NCBI GenBank assembly: GCA_964016885.1
Contig: OZ024743.1
Location: 20,212,001-20,276,000 of the forward strand
Length of the DNA: 64,000 nucleotides
Reading direction: 5' to 3'
Source of the DNA: Eledone cirrhosa
Lineage: Eukaryota
In this document: in pieces, positions 1 to 12,475 of the stretch
How positions within the stretch are numbered: the stretch's first letter is position 1
Layout: each line of letters opens with the position of its first letter
Position numbers and translations under genes: made by a program
The notes under the pieces: model-generated
Seen by the model: only the letters and a program-made list of their open reading frames with translations
The model's database searches: none
What the model was told of the DNA's origin: nothing

Positions 1-383
1 CAACGATTCTTGCTCAGGATCTACCCCTGTGTCTCTTGCCAGTTGGCTTTGCCCATAAAATCTGTCCAGTGATTCTTTCCTAAGATATTTTAACACCAAT
101 CCCATAGTATCGGAGCTGTGATCTCTCAATTCAGTTAAGTAGCAGCTCTACTCGGAGTGACTCTCTGATCTTCGAACTATGCACTTTATCGAGTAACATT
201 ACTCCAGAGACTCTTCAGAGGAATCTCATTTCAGCTGCTTCTATTTGCGATCATATTCTTTCAGTCATTACACAAGATTCATGACCATAGGTATGGGTTG
301 GCACGTAAACCGAATTGAAGATAACAAGTTTGGCTTTTATGCCTACCTCCATTATTCTGATTACTGAATGCTGAAGACGGCGA
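1..383 (-). mobile_element. RTE-clade LINE fragment (3' part of RT), truncated by the window edge
   Basis: Aligns by eye with 8600-8900 (cattctttcagt..catgattcatgaccata..gaattgaagataac..gaatgctgaag); minus strand encodes a TYGHESW-type motif. Confidence 0.8.
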
Positions 384-1085
384 ATTTTAATACTTAATCC
401 TAGAATCTATTAACAGAGGCGATAGACGTGAATTATGTTTTTTTATCATTTTAATCTATGAGAAAAAGTATGTGTCCACAGACCAATTATAAGGAATCTA
501 AATAGATTACTGTAAAGCTGCTGTTTTATATAAAAACTAGTATTTGTTTTACTTTAATTCAGTGGCCTAATTTGGTAATTGACAAAGTGCTTTAGGAAAA
601 GCATCAAAAACTTTCTTGGTTAGGAAATTCAGCAAAGATTATTCTTTTATAAGACCGTTGTTAGATATAATCATTATTCATTTGTTCATTCAGTCTAGAT
701 ATTCCAAGCAGATATTCTAATTTATTCACAATGCAAAAGTTGTAATAGACTTAGCTTGATTTGAACTGAAAAGCTTAAACTAGCAAAATAGTTGTCAAAT
801 ATCTAGTTAGTTTAATGCTACAAAATTAAATTACCCTGCCTCAGGTTCTTTATTACAAGTCACAGCATAATCTTTTTCTAAGAAAATGACATGTTTTTAC
901 TTAATTCTGACATAGTTACGCCTAAGTCATGTATCGTAATATAGCAAATAGTTCATCCTGTTTATCATATAAACTCTTCAAATATTTGCCTGGAATATAA
1001 TTCTATACTCCTGCAGCTTCAATGTTTTCAAATAAAATTTAAACAAGCAGAGTTATATTTTGTTATGAGTTTAGTAAAGTTAGTT

Positions 1086-1405
1086 CATCATCATCATCAT
1101 CATCATTTCATTTTACGTCCGCTTTTCTCTGCTTGCAAGAGTGTGATGGGAACTGATTCTGGCTTGATTTCTACAGCTGGATGCCCTTCCTAACACCAAC
1201 CTCATTTACAGTGAGTGTTGTGTGCTTTTTTGCCGTGGCACCTCCACGACCACTTTTCAGTCCCTATTATCTAATTTCTACAGCTGAGTAAACTGGAGCA
1301 ATGTGAAATAAAGTGTCTTGCTCAAGGAAACAACACATCACCCGGTCTGAGAATTGAACTCACAACCTTTAGATTGAAAGACCAATGCTCTAACCACTAA
1401 GCCAT
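1086..1405 (-). mobile_element. tRNA-derived CORE-type SINE with RTE-derived 3' tail and (GAT)n end
   Basis: Minus strand begins CATGGCTTAGTGGTTAGAGC (A box) ... GAGTTCAATTC (B box), has a CORE-like TCCTTGAGCAAGACACTT segment, and its tail matches the RTE 3' UTR at 44230-44460. Confidence 0.85.
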
Positions 1406-2094
1406 GTTAAAATTATTAGCTGAAAAACTATTTTAGATTCCAGTTTTTAGTTTTTATCTATTTAATAACCTTAAATTATCTACCTGCTATTTGTGAACGT
1501 CAGGTTTACAAAAATAGGGATTCATATCAAATTTATGCTTTTAGAATTTTCTGTTTCTTTTATTCTCGTATTCTGTTTAAGGAGGTAAGAAAGAACCCAC
1601 ATCCTTTTTTGTCTTGCCATACCATTAATGAGGGGAACTGAAGAAGAACCCATAGCATATGGCTAATTCTCAGACCAAAGACTTACTCTAAATGCCCAAA
1701 AGAATAGACATTACAAAAATTAGATAATGGTATTAAACAATACAATCAATAAAATCAACCACTCATGTACATCTGACTGGATTCTACATAGTTATTGTCT
1801 TCTATTTTCATTCATATGGTTTGGTTGTACCTGAGGCAATGATAGAAGATATTTACTGAAGTAACGTTTAATACAGCAAGCTTATTTAGTATTTATAATT
1901 AGATTTGCTTTCTGTTGTATCTAATACATACCATTCTTGAATGTTTCACACCTGGTCAAACTGTATCTGTTAGACATGCAATGACTAACAACAGAATGTT
2001 TTAAGTCTGCGTGTCTGACATATATGCGTAGCTTGTGAATAAAAAATTCAAGGGGTGTCTCTGGCCGTGGTAATCGCTGCCAAACATGTTTTGT

Positions 2095-2330
2095 AATGTA
2101 TCGTCTTATTGGCTAATTTCATCGTCTTATTGGCTAATCAACCAACGAGAGTAATAGTTGCTCAAAAGCATCCGCCATTTTGTTTGCATGTTTATTTATC
2201 GTTTCGCTTTCGAATCTTCCTCCTGTATTTCGTCGTTTATCATCAAAATATTGTTCTTGTTTTGGTAAGTTATATTGTTAATTTATATATGATTTTTTAA
2301 ATTTATATTAACTATTTTTTTTTTCAGTTC
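2095..2330 (+). promoter_or_regulatory. Pol II promoter-like segment with possible first exon and short intron
   Basis: Duplicated TCGTCTTATTGGCTAAT (inverted CCAAT boxes), YY1-type CCGCCATTTT at about 2172, donor-like TG|GTAAGT at about 2264 and acceptor-like T-run CAG at about 2327; locally CpG-richer than its flanks. Confidence 0.4.
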
Positions 2331-2505
2331 GTTATAACATGCTTATAATATTGGTTGTATCATATTATTGTTCGTTTTATGTTAGATTATTTTATTATTA
2401 TTATGTTAGATTTTTTTTTATTATGTAAGACTATTTGTATGTAATATTCAATTTTTATTAATTCAACTATAACAATTATTATGTAAAATATATTTATTTT
2501 GTAGT

Positions 2506-3289
2506 TGTTTACATTAAAATTTGAAAATATTTTTATACATCTTACAATAATATTTATAAGATCATTTATAAAATAACAATTATATAATCTAATTACATTA
2601 CAACGATAATTTATTATTAATATATATCATGTTTAACTAGAGTTATTACAAGCGTTGCCATAAAAAAATATTAAACTAGACCTGAAAAATGCGCAAGCTC
2701 AAAAGAGCCACAGAATGTTATAATAAACCTTCAAAAGTGTGGGACTAGAGTTGTTGCTAAAAAATATTGTAATCATTATCTATCGTACACTCTGTGGCAC
2801 CCTTTTATAAAAAAGAGACTCATAATGAACTCAAGACGACACGATAATTATTTAAGTGAATTTATAATATAGAATTTGGTTTAAGTACATTTCGTATTAA
2901 TCATTACTAAACATCTAATATGAGATATTGAACATTAGCTTAAATAATTATCGTGTCGTCTTGAGTTCGTTATGAGTCTCTTTTTTATAAAAGAATGCCA
3001 CAGAGTGTATGATAGATCATGATTACAATATTTTTTAGCAACAACTCTAGTCCCACACTTTTGAAGGTTTATTATAACATTCTGTGGCTCTTTTGATCTT
3101 GCGCATTTTTCAGGTCTAGTTTAATATTTTTTTAAGGCAACGCTTGTAATAACTCTAGTTAAACATGATATATATTAATAATAAATTATCGTTGTAATGT
3201 AATTAGATTATATAATTGTTATTTTATAAATGATCTTATAAATATTATTGTAAGATGTATAAAAATATTTTCAAATTTTAATATAAACA
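2506..3289. repeat. Long inverted repeat (about 350-bp arms, 82-bp spacer)
   Basis: 2506-2856 is the near-perfect reverse complement of 2939-3289. Confidence 0.95.
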
Positions 3290-4169
3290 TTTTGCGCATT
3301 TTTCAGGATTAGTAAAATTACCTGCTTTGTTTTTAAATTTATTTCGTTTTTGTAATTGTCTAAACCCTAGTTTACTCTTAACAAAAACAAACTGTGATCA
3401 TTCCATATTTTTCTTGCGAATGTGTCCTTCTTCCCTAAGAACAATGTTTTAATAATATATTTATATACTTTTATAATTAATAACTCATCTCCAAGTTTTT
3501 GCCATCAATTTACTTTTGCAGAAAAAAGTATTTTCATGATTCTATGAGAGCCAAATACAAAATATAATAGAAAAATATTGATATTAATATAAAGAAACGA
3601 TTGAAAAATATTGCTTATAATTTACTTACATTTAATAACATGTCAAACAGGAAATGGTTTACATTTGCCAAATACTTCCCCATGTATTTTTCAATAGTGG
3701 AGAGTTTTTGTAAAAACAATACTGTGGCAGACTTTACTGTTATCTCAGTGCTAAATATGACTATATAAGCAGGCTTTTTTTAAGCTATGTCTTTATCAAA
3801 ATAAGATAATGGTTGCATTTCAAGATTGCATTTTTGGTGCTAACAATATTTCCGAAAGATAAAATATAGAATTTGTGAGTACATATGAAAAACAAATCAA
3901 GATTATTTTAAAAAATCAAATTTATCTAAAGAACAACAAATATAAGATTGTCTGCCAAAATATATAGATTTCTATTTGATATGAAACATTATTGAAGAAT
4001 AGACTATATCATCATCATCATCATATATATATATTTATACACCAACATCATCATTATTACCAACAGGTTTATATACATTTTTCCCTGCTAGCATAGGTTG
4101 GATGGGATTTACTAAGGCAGACCTCTACAGCTGGATGATCTTCCTAATACCAACCCTCACATGTTTACT

Positions 4170-5100
4170 AAGTAAGATATAGATAGTCACATATGTAACC
4201 TCTTAAGTGACTGGATTGCTGTTTATGTGAAATAGAAGGATGGGCTGAAAAGGTCATAGACTCACAATTAACGAATAATGCTAAAGCAGTCCAATCTCTA
4301 GAGTTACTGATACCTTTGGCAAACAACATCACCATCTATGCAGAGTGGGATTTACATATAAGCTAAACAAGCTATAGCTTAGGGCCCCCACACAAAAGAC
4401 AGCGACAATCTGTCGCTGACATGGGACATCTGGACATATAAAGGGCCCCATTATCTCAAATAGCTTAGGGCCTCTTCAAATCTAAATCTGGCCCTGCATC
4501 TATGAAGTGTCAGAGTTATATCCCTGAAAACAAAAGTTGGAGTTTATCATGCATGGACATTTTATCACATCCACATTTATAAGCTTGCTGTCTTCAACAA
4601 ACATTGTCTTTGCTCTATCTCTGGTTATGCACTTTCTAGTGGAATTTCCAATGCTGATCTCTTCATGAGGTGCAACATCCGTGGAATTGAGTCATTCCAC
4701 AAGTCAATCCCAACTCAGATGGGCTGGTCATGATTACTGATAATCACACACCCAAGGAACTGTGATACAATCAACTTTATAAGGGTGTATATTACTCAAA
4801 TATAAAGACAAACTAAACTACTAACTTAAATCTGTGAACATACCTTTTACTTTTTTTATGACCTAGCAGCTGACCATGGAAAATGCAGAATAGTCTGCCA
4901 TAATGGTACAAAGAACTTTGAAAACTCTCATCTGATGATTCTATGTGTTCTAAGATCTAACACCAAGATCCAATCAAACATTCCAATCTGCTCACCTGAA
5001 AATAATGTCATCTGCACTAAACACGGCCTGATATGTAAGTCAGCTGCTGGACTAAAGTGCCATTTATGGCATAACCATAGAAATTTAAACTAAGAAGACT
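4170..5100 (+). mobile_element. Heavily decayed RTE/BovB-like LINE 3' region
   Basis: Residual peptide ISNADLFMRCNIRGIE...QLRWAGH...TPKEL near 4640-4760 resembles the RTE RT C-terminus; boundaries approximate; interrupted by a hAT MITE. Confidence 0.55.
4341..4496. mobile_element. hAT-type MITE with 8-bp TSD
   Basis: Imperfect TIRs CAGAGTGGGATTTA / TAAATCTGGCCCTG, subterminal TAGCTTAGGGCC repeats, flanked on both sides by CATCTATG. Confidence 0.85.
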
Positions 5101-5167
5101 GTAAAACTATCATATGTTGATATACAATGGAAGTCCATCATATTTATATGTATATATATATATATAT

Positions 5168-5851
5168 AGGGCAGGTAAAATTCCCGAGATCCATGGACGA
5201 GTTCTCTCCAGTGGTCTCTGTCCCTCATTATCGCTGCCTTGTCCTGCATCTCCAACAGACCAGTGTCTGTCCTTAGGACATCAACATATGTTAACCTCGG
5301 TCTTCCTCTTCAAGTGTGTCCATGTAGGGGCTCCTACAGGAGCACTGAGTGCAGTGTCAACTCTGGATGTCGGTCAGCATGTCCAGCTAACCTCAGTCTC
5401 CTCTGTGCTACTCTCGAGCTGACTTTTGGGAGGCTCCCATACAGCTCTGAGTTCTTCATCCTCAGTGTATACTGATTAATGTTCAGAACCATCCTCAGCA
5501 TCCATCCACCATCTGAGTGAGTTTCTTGGTCAGTATCCAAGTCTCAGACCCGTACAGCAGCACAGACTCCACTACAGCAACAAAGAGACGGATCTTCAGG
5601 TCTTTACGAAGGTCCGACTTCCACACCGATCTCAAGCTGTGGCACGCCACCCAGGCTTTGCTCTTCCTCTCGACCACATCATCTTCCATATTCCCAATCT
5701 TTGCTCCCAAATACAGGAAGTTCTCAACCAATTCTAGCGGCTTCCCACCTACATTAGTAATCTTGTCTGGCTTCTTAATATTCTCTATCAGATACTTCAT
5801 CTTAATCTCATCGACACAGTCTCCACCTCCTGCATCAAATCCTCTGCCTCC

Positions 5852-5852
<1 letters not shown>
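5168..5852 (-). mobile_element. RTE-like LINE 3' fragment (family B)
   Basis: ORFs 5495-5800 and 5334-5540: VENFLYLG, ESVLLYGSETW, RRLRLAGH; flanked by (TA)n; a second copy of its 3' end lies at 15365-15600. Confidence 0.85.
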
Positions 5853-5891
<39 letters not shown>

Positions 5892-6351
5892 TATATATAT
5901 ATAAACTAAATGTGTTTTCACTCTGTTAGAGCGAAAAAGCAATTTTTGTTTTTAATTTTCGGCAAAGCCAGCCATAAAATTACTCGGTATGCTAATTAGC
6001 CGATGTATACTATAGAGAATACTATATATTCTCATGAGGTCTAGTATGTAGCAGAAAAGCAGAAATACACTATCTTGACAAAGGGCAATAACCCTGAAAT
6101 AATTGTAATTGTTGATTGTTTTTCTCTGTTACTGCTAGAGCAAAAGGATGAAGATAGTAATCTAAAACAGTGTTAACAGGTTGTTTGCTTCCAAATGAAT
6201 CAAATATCAATAATATTATTATTATATTATTATTATTTGATATAAAACTCACAATTTCATATATATATATATATATACTGGGTTAGTTCAGATCTAGCTG
6301 TCGAAACGGCCAGAGCTCAGCCGTCGGGGTCCTGACTCTTTTCCTATATAT

Positions 6352-6780
6352 CATCATCATCATCATCATCATCGTTTAACGTCCGTGTTCCACGCTTGCA
6401 TGGGTTTGGACGGGGGTTTTCCCACTTGAGGCAAGAGTGATTGTCTTGCTCGCATAGGACTGTCTGGCAGGTTTTCTACAGTTGGATGCCCTTCCTAACA
6501 CCAACCACATTTACAGTGTGGGTCTGGGAGGTTTTTACCGTGTTGCCTACACGGCCACATTACAGTGTGGACTGTGTGTTTTTTTGTCGTGACACCTACA
6601 CGATCTCATTTGTTTCGGCCTGGATGGTGTGGCACCAACATAACTTTACATAGAGGGGGCGGTGTGGATGGGGTGGGGGTGGTGGGACGGGGGTGTATTT
6701 TGTTAGAGATGCCTACTGACTGTAGTAGGTTTTACTTTGTATTTAGGTAAGGCGGGTCTTCTCTATTACTGAGTACCGCC
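6352..6780 (-). mobile_element. 5'-truncated RTE copy (3' UTR and tail only)
   Basis: Nearly identical to 15631-16066; (CAT)n tail on the plus strand. Confidence 0.9.
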
Positions 6781-6822
<42 letters not shown>

Positions 6823-8429
6823 ATATATGAAAACAAAATTTGTTTTCTCTCTAACATTGTTGATAAGTTAGTGAACAATTTTATATCATAGCGCATTCAG
6901 GAGATTTGGTTTCAAAGGGATTAATTATTATGAGAAATATTAAAGCTATTGGATGAAATTATTCAGACCTACACAAATGTCTAAAAAGTTAAAATGGTAT
7001 GAAAAATCCAATATTTATATGATGGTCCTAATTAAGTACTATTTATAGGGAAATAATTTTATAAGATTTTATCTCATTCAAAATACAGCCACTCTCTGAT
7101 AGGCTTATTATTGAACCCATAGAGTAGGGACTTCCAGTGTTCTTAATCCACAGACAAGCTCCTACCTAACTATTGGGTTGGAGTTGGCCACCCATGGGAA
7201 TGAGCTCTGCAAGCTGGAATGATAATTTCAATGCATCTCCTTCATCATCCTCTAAGGCAATACTCTCCATTCCATCTGCTGCAACCATAAGTCAGTTTGT
7301 GTCAGGAGTTCTGCACACCAGAGAGTGTTCTCCCACATCATCTTGACTTCTATCATTGGGTGGTGAGGTTTGTGTATTCTCTTTCATGTTTTCGTTTTTC
7401 TAACAATTTTATGTTCTTATTTAAATTAAAAGCTTCAAGCCTAAGAGAGCTCCATAAAACTCTTATACCCTTATAATACAAGTTAACATTTGACACTTTC
7501 TTCAAAGTTGAGGCAGTTCAAATTGTATGTAACATATGTTCACAACATTAGTAAAGAATTAGTATTCATGCATCAGCATTTTCTTTAAATTTCAAATAAA
7601 TATGTTAAATTAAAAACTTCTTTGAGATAACATTATTGAATGGGATTAATTTCTTAGTCTCTAAGTCAGAAAAAGAAGAAAATAGAAAACAGATCATACT
7701 AATTTTACTTTTCTTCTTTTACTGCTATTTATCAGAGTTAGTGGGCTTATCCTTTGTTTCTTTAAGAAAAAGATATTTTATTTTGAATTGAAGCCAGAGT
7801 TTTTAGTATAGGTGTTGTTATTTGTTTCTTCTAACTTTATCTGTTTGTTTTAAGTGTTGATGTTGATTTTAAGCCAATAACTTAAAAGTTATTTGAATGC
7901 AATTCAACAATTTTCATAAAAATCTATAATTCACTGGTTATTTTTAAAGTGACAAACTCTGATAAACTTTAAATATTTCAAAAAAACAAAAAAAAAACAA
8001 TGATAAATAATGAATTTTTGACTGATTTCCTAATTTGACATAAGCAGTTTCAATTTGGTTAAAATGTCTGCATTTTTAAACTTTAAACTTTTGAGTCTTT
8101 TGTTTAAATTTTAACATCAATCCTTGCCAATTTCAAACTGACATTTACAAATATAAATATTTTTGTTTTATTCTTAATCACATTGGAATAATGTTAAAAA
8201 TTCATTGTAGCTAATGTAATTGAAAGTATTTAGAGAAAATGCTGCATAACAATGGGTAATGTGACATTCAAGTTTAAACATGGAACTTTATAGATAGCTT
8301 AAGAGGTCTAAGATATTAAATTTATCCTTAAACTGGAGAAGATGATTGCAAAAAAATAAAATTAATTTTGGCTTTACCAAAAATGTTAATTTTCAGAGGC
8401 TGAGAAATCCAAATTTAAATTGTAAGAAT

Positions 8430-9490
8430 CTTCTTCTGCTTCTTCGCCTACTTATTCTTGGGATGGTTGTGGGGACAGAGTCTTCAATGCATACCTTCTA
8501 ACGGGTTCTATCGGAAGCAATCATCTTCCCCAAGCAAGACCAGCTGAGCTCATGGATATAATGCAGCCATCCTGCTTCTGGCTGGTTTCAAAATCTGTCC
8601 AGCAATGCTTTTCGACATAATACATAATTTTGGAACACTGAACTCTCAATTCAAAGAAGTAGTGGCTCTATTTGGAGCAACCCTGATCTTTGATCTAAGC
8701 TGTTTACTGAGTAATATTACTCTTAAGACCCTTCAGAGGAACCTCATTTCAGTTGCACGTATTCGCAATTGCATTCTTTCAGTTATTGCCCATGATTCAT
8801 GACCATATGTAAGGGTTAGCATGAATACTGAATTGAAGATAACGAGTTTGGCTTTTACATCTCCCTCCCTTCTTTTGATGATTGAATGCTGAAGCTGGCG
8901 CATTACTGCACCAGCTGCAGCAATTCTTGCACTTAATTCAGCCACCTGCCTCCTATCACTAATGGACATGGCTCCAAGATACTTGAACTTCTCCACCTTC
9001 TTCAGGGGAACTCCACTCACATGCAGTGTGCACTGTGGAGGCTTCCTTGAGAGAACAGGTGTCTCAGTCACTGCAGCACTGATTTTCATTCCTGTCATGC
9101 AGCATTCAGCAATAAACCTATAAAATGCATGTTGGAGATCACATTCTGATAAGTTAAGTAGTACCATGTCATACACAAATTTCTGCTGACAGATCCTACA
9201 CCCACCAGTCTCAATACCACTTCCAAAACAGCAATGCATGTCAATCCTGTCTATGAATATTATGAACGAAAGATGTGATAGTATGCAACCTTGGCTGAGT
9301 CCTACTCTCACATTGACTTAGCACCATTTCTCTGAACACAAATACTAAGGTATTCACATAGAGTCGTCAGGGCAACAAGAAGTTATCCATTGATCCCATA
9401 CTCCTGCAGAACCTTCTAGAACAGGTCCCGTGAAATATGGCCAAATACCTTTTTAAAGACTAAAAAGCAAGCATGCTCCTCTTGGCAATA
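8430..9490 (-). mobile_element. RTE/Rex3-like LINE RT fragment (pseudogene)
   Basis: ORF 8733-9311: GLSQGCILS, decayed YADD (FVYDM), VEKFKYLG, LTYGHESW..RATEMRFL; (AGA)n-like tail at 8430. Confidence 0.85.
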
Positions 9491-10129
9491 CTAAATAAAT
9501 ATACACACACATATTAATGTGTGTGTATATTTATTTGTCTCATCTCTCACCTTCTTTTCTCTCTGCATTCAGCATGGCCAGAAGTGATATTTGATTATGT
9601 TCTGCATAAATAGAGATTCCCCTCTTCAGTGGTTAGACATGTGAAGCTGTTTTCCTTAATGACACTGTGTAACAAACAAATTTTTTTTCTCTGTCCCTGC
9701 CTTGTAATCACTTTTTTGTGTTGCTTAGGTCCCAAATAAATAAAAGTGCTATTAATCAGTTAAAAGTTTGGGTTTGTAAAAATTCTAAGCTATTCACTAT
9801 AATTATTTGTATGCTGGACTTTAAGTTGTATGTAAGTTTAATTTGCTTATGTTAAATGATTTTTTTATATATGTTTCAGGTTAAATTACAATTATAAAAT
9901 AAAGAGTAATAGCTAAAGAAAATGATAAAAGTGCAATAAAGTATAAAATTGTTATTAAGTGGATTAAAGAGATTTATTGATACTGGATTTTCGCACCCTG
10001 AATAAAGAGTAAGTGGTGTTTTAAGCACAAATTTTCATTAGTATGATTAGTGTTCTTTTATATTATTTAAATATGTATTTCCCTTTCCAATATTTATTTT
10101 GTATTGCATATCAAATTTATTTTCCAAGA

Positions 10130-11360
10130 CAAGTATTCTGATGAAGAGGAGGAGATGGATGCAGAGGACCTGGATTACCTGCCTGAGGTACCAGAAAAAG
10201 TTCCTCACTTCCCAAACCCAAAAGAAGTCAATGGGTCTAACCAAGTCCAATGCAGAGCTATTCGTCTCCAGGATGAAGCAGTGGAACATGGTCAAGGAGG
10301 AAGTGCAGGTGACAAGTCAGAGAAGTCGACACAAACCTTTCTCGGGCTTTTACTCTCTTAGGGATGGCCTCTGCTTCTGCCATGGCGTGCCTGGACTGTT
10401 TGACCTTATTGGGGTGCCGTTTGTGTCCAAGGAGTGGCGGCTATTTATAGACAGCTCCACCACAAGTTTGAAGGCTGTCCTCCTCCACAATGGAAACAAG
10501 TTTCCGACACTGCCCCTAGCTCATTCAGTCTGCCTGAAGGAAGATTACTACAGTGTGAAAGTCCTCTTGGAAGCTCTGTAATACAACCAGTACAATTGGG
10601 AAATCGTTGGCGACTTCAAGATGGTGGCTTTCCTGATTGGACTCCAAGGAGGCTTTATCAAATTCCAATGCTTCCTCTGCCTTTGGGAGAGCAGAACCAC
10701 CTCTGACCACTACATAAGAAAGAACTGGGAGCAGCGAACAGAATTTGTAGTTGGGACCTGGAACGTCATGTGGGAGCCACTGGTTGATCCCAGGATTGTG
10801 CTCATGCCACCACTGCACATTAAGTTGAGGTTGATGAAGCAGTTTGTGAAGGCTCTCAACCAAGAATCAGCCGTTTATAAGTACCTTCTTGAGTTCTTCC
10901 CCAAGTTATCTGAGGCCAAAATCAAAGGTGGAATTTTTGTTGGACCTCAGTTAAAGAAGGTGTTTGAGTCTACCGAGTTCTCCAATAAGCTCCATAGGAT
11001 TGAGAGAACAGCATGTAACTGTTTCAAGGCAGTTGTTAAGGGCTTCCAGGGCAACTACAGAGCTGAAAACTACCAGCAACTGGTGCAGGATCTGATAAAG
11101 GCTTTTGGCGCCATGTGATGCAGGATGTTGCTTAAACTCCATATGCTGGATGCTCACCTGGAAAAATTCAAGGACAATATGGGCGCCTACTCAGAAGAAC
11201 AAGGCAAACGATTCCACCAAGATGTGAAAGAGATAGAACGGAGGTACCAGGGCCACTACAATAAAAAAATGATGGGGGACTATATCTGGGGGCTAGTGCA
11301 AGAATGCGACCTGGACTACAACCGCAAATCCAGGTTCCAGTCATTTCTGACGTGTATAAG
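10130..11360 (+). pseudogene. Chapaev3-like transposase with in-frame stops
   Basis: Motifs WRLFIDSS..SLKAVLLHNGN, GDFKMVAFLIGLQGG..CFLCLW, PPLHIKL.LMKQFVKAL, KLHMLDAHL, GAYSEEQG.RFHQD across ORFs 10099-10581, 10621-11118 and 11125-11415. Confidence 0.85.
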
Positions 11361-11549
11361 TTGCTTTATAAGTATTATTTGTTTTTACTTGTTTGCTTTT
11401 GATAAGCTTGTGTAATACAATAAATATATACTCTGTTGATTTAATTATATGAACTGATAAATTTTTAAAAAATGTGTTTTTTCTTGAAAAATATGAAACT
11501 CCTGACCACAAACCCAAACTTCTGATTAAATAATAGTTTTTTTTTTAAA

Positions 11550-11718
11550 TAATTGTTTCTACTTTCGGCACAAGGCCAGCAATTACCTAGTACATTACTG
11601 GTACTTTATTTTATCGATCTCGTAAGGATGAAAGGCAAAGTTAACCTTGGCGGGATTTGAACTCAGATCGTAAAGGGACGTAACTATACTGGAAAGCATG
11701 TCCAACCCTCTACCATTT
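11550..11718 (-). mobile_element. Meta-domain-like tRNA SINE nested in the Chapaev right arm
   Basis: Reverse complement of the 31799-31985 family (GAGTTCAAATCCCGCC, GCCTTTCATCCTT..GATAAAATAAAGTACCAG). Confidence 0.85.
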
Positions 11719-12475
11719 TTTATAATAATGGGATATAATAAACCATGAAATGACACTTAGAACTGGGGAACAAAAAATATGTTACACAGTGTTATGAAAC
11801 AAATGAGTGTTGACATCAAGAAGGGCCATAATATTCTGTCTCAAAAATCTTCATCCAGCTCATAGCATCATGGAAAAATAAACATAAAATTGATGATGAT
11901 GAGGAGGAGGAGAATAGTAGATATCAGTAAAATCTAAGCATAAATGTATAGAATTATAGTTTTCAGTAACTTCCTCCAAAGAAACTTGCTGCCTTTTATA
12001 GATATTATTATCTACTACTTTACATATGTATTTTCATTACAGCATGAATAAAAAGTAATTATTTTCTTTTTTGACAAATTTAAATATTTTCAGCTTATTG
12101 TTGGAGGATAAACAGTTCTCTAAGAATATATATTTGCTTAAATACCTTATCTAAGTTAGATAATTAATACAATTTTAAAATGATGCCCATTAGCATTTCT
12201 GAGAATTATCATTGCGATAATGACAAAGTTTTTGGCTATTGGTTATTTTTAAATTTTATTAGTAATTGTTGGGTAACAGATAAACACCTATTTTTCAACT
12301 CTGTAATACAGAAATTGATTTTGTATACTTGAATTATCAAGAAGTTTTGTGAAAATAACCCATAGAATTATATTTTTCCATACAACACTTCTAATATGCA
12401 TTATCCCAAAATAAATTTAGTTACATTCTGAAATTACTATCAAGGTGACTTAATGTTTTTATTATTAAAAATTAA

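Larger units (their letters stand above)
9663..11791 (+). mobile_element. Chapaev3-type (CMC superfamily) DNA transposon, decayed
   Basis: TIRs CACTGTGTAACA / TGTTACACAGTG, 3-bp flanks TGA/TTA, and a transposase pseudogene inside. Confidence 0.85.

Noticed and set aside
7085-7400. Coding-looking minus-strand stretch (MKENTQTSPPNDRSQDD...)
   Set aside because: Early stop, no clear splice signals and no family motif.
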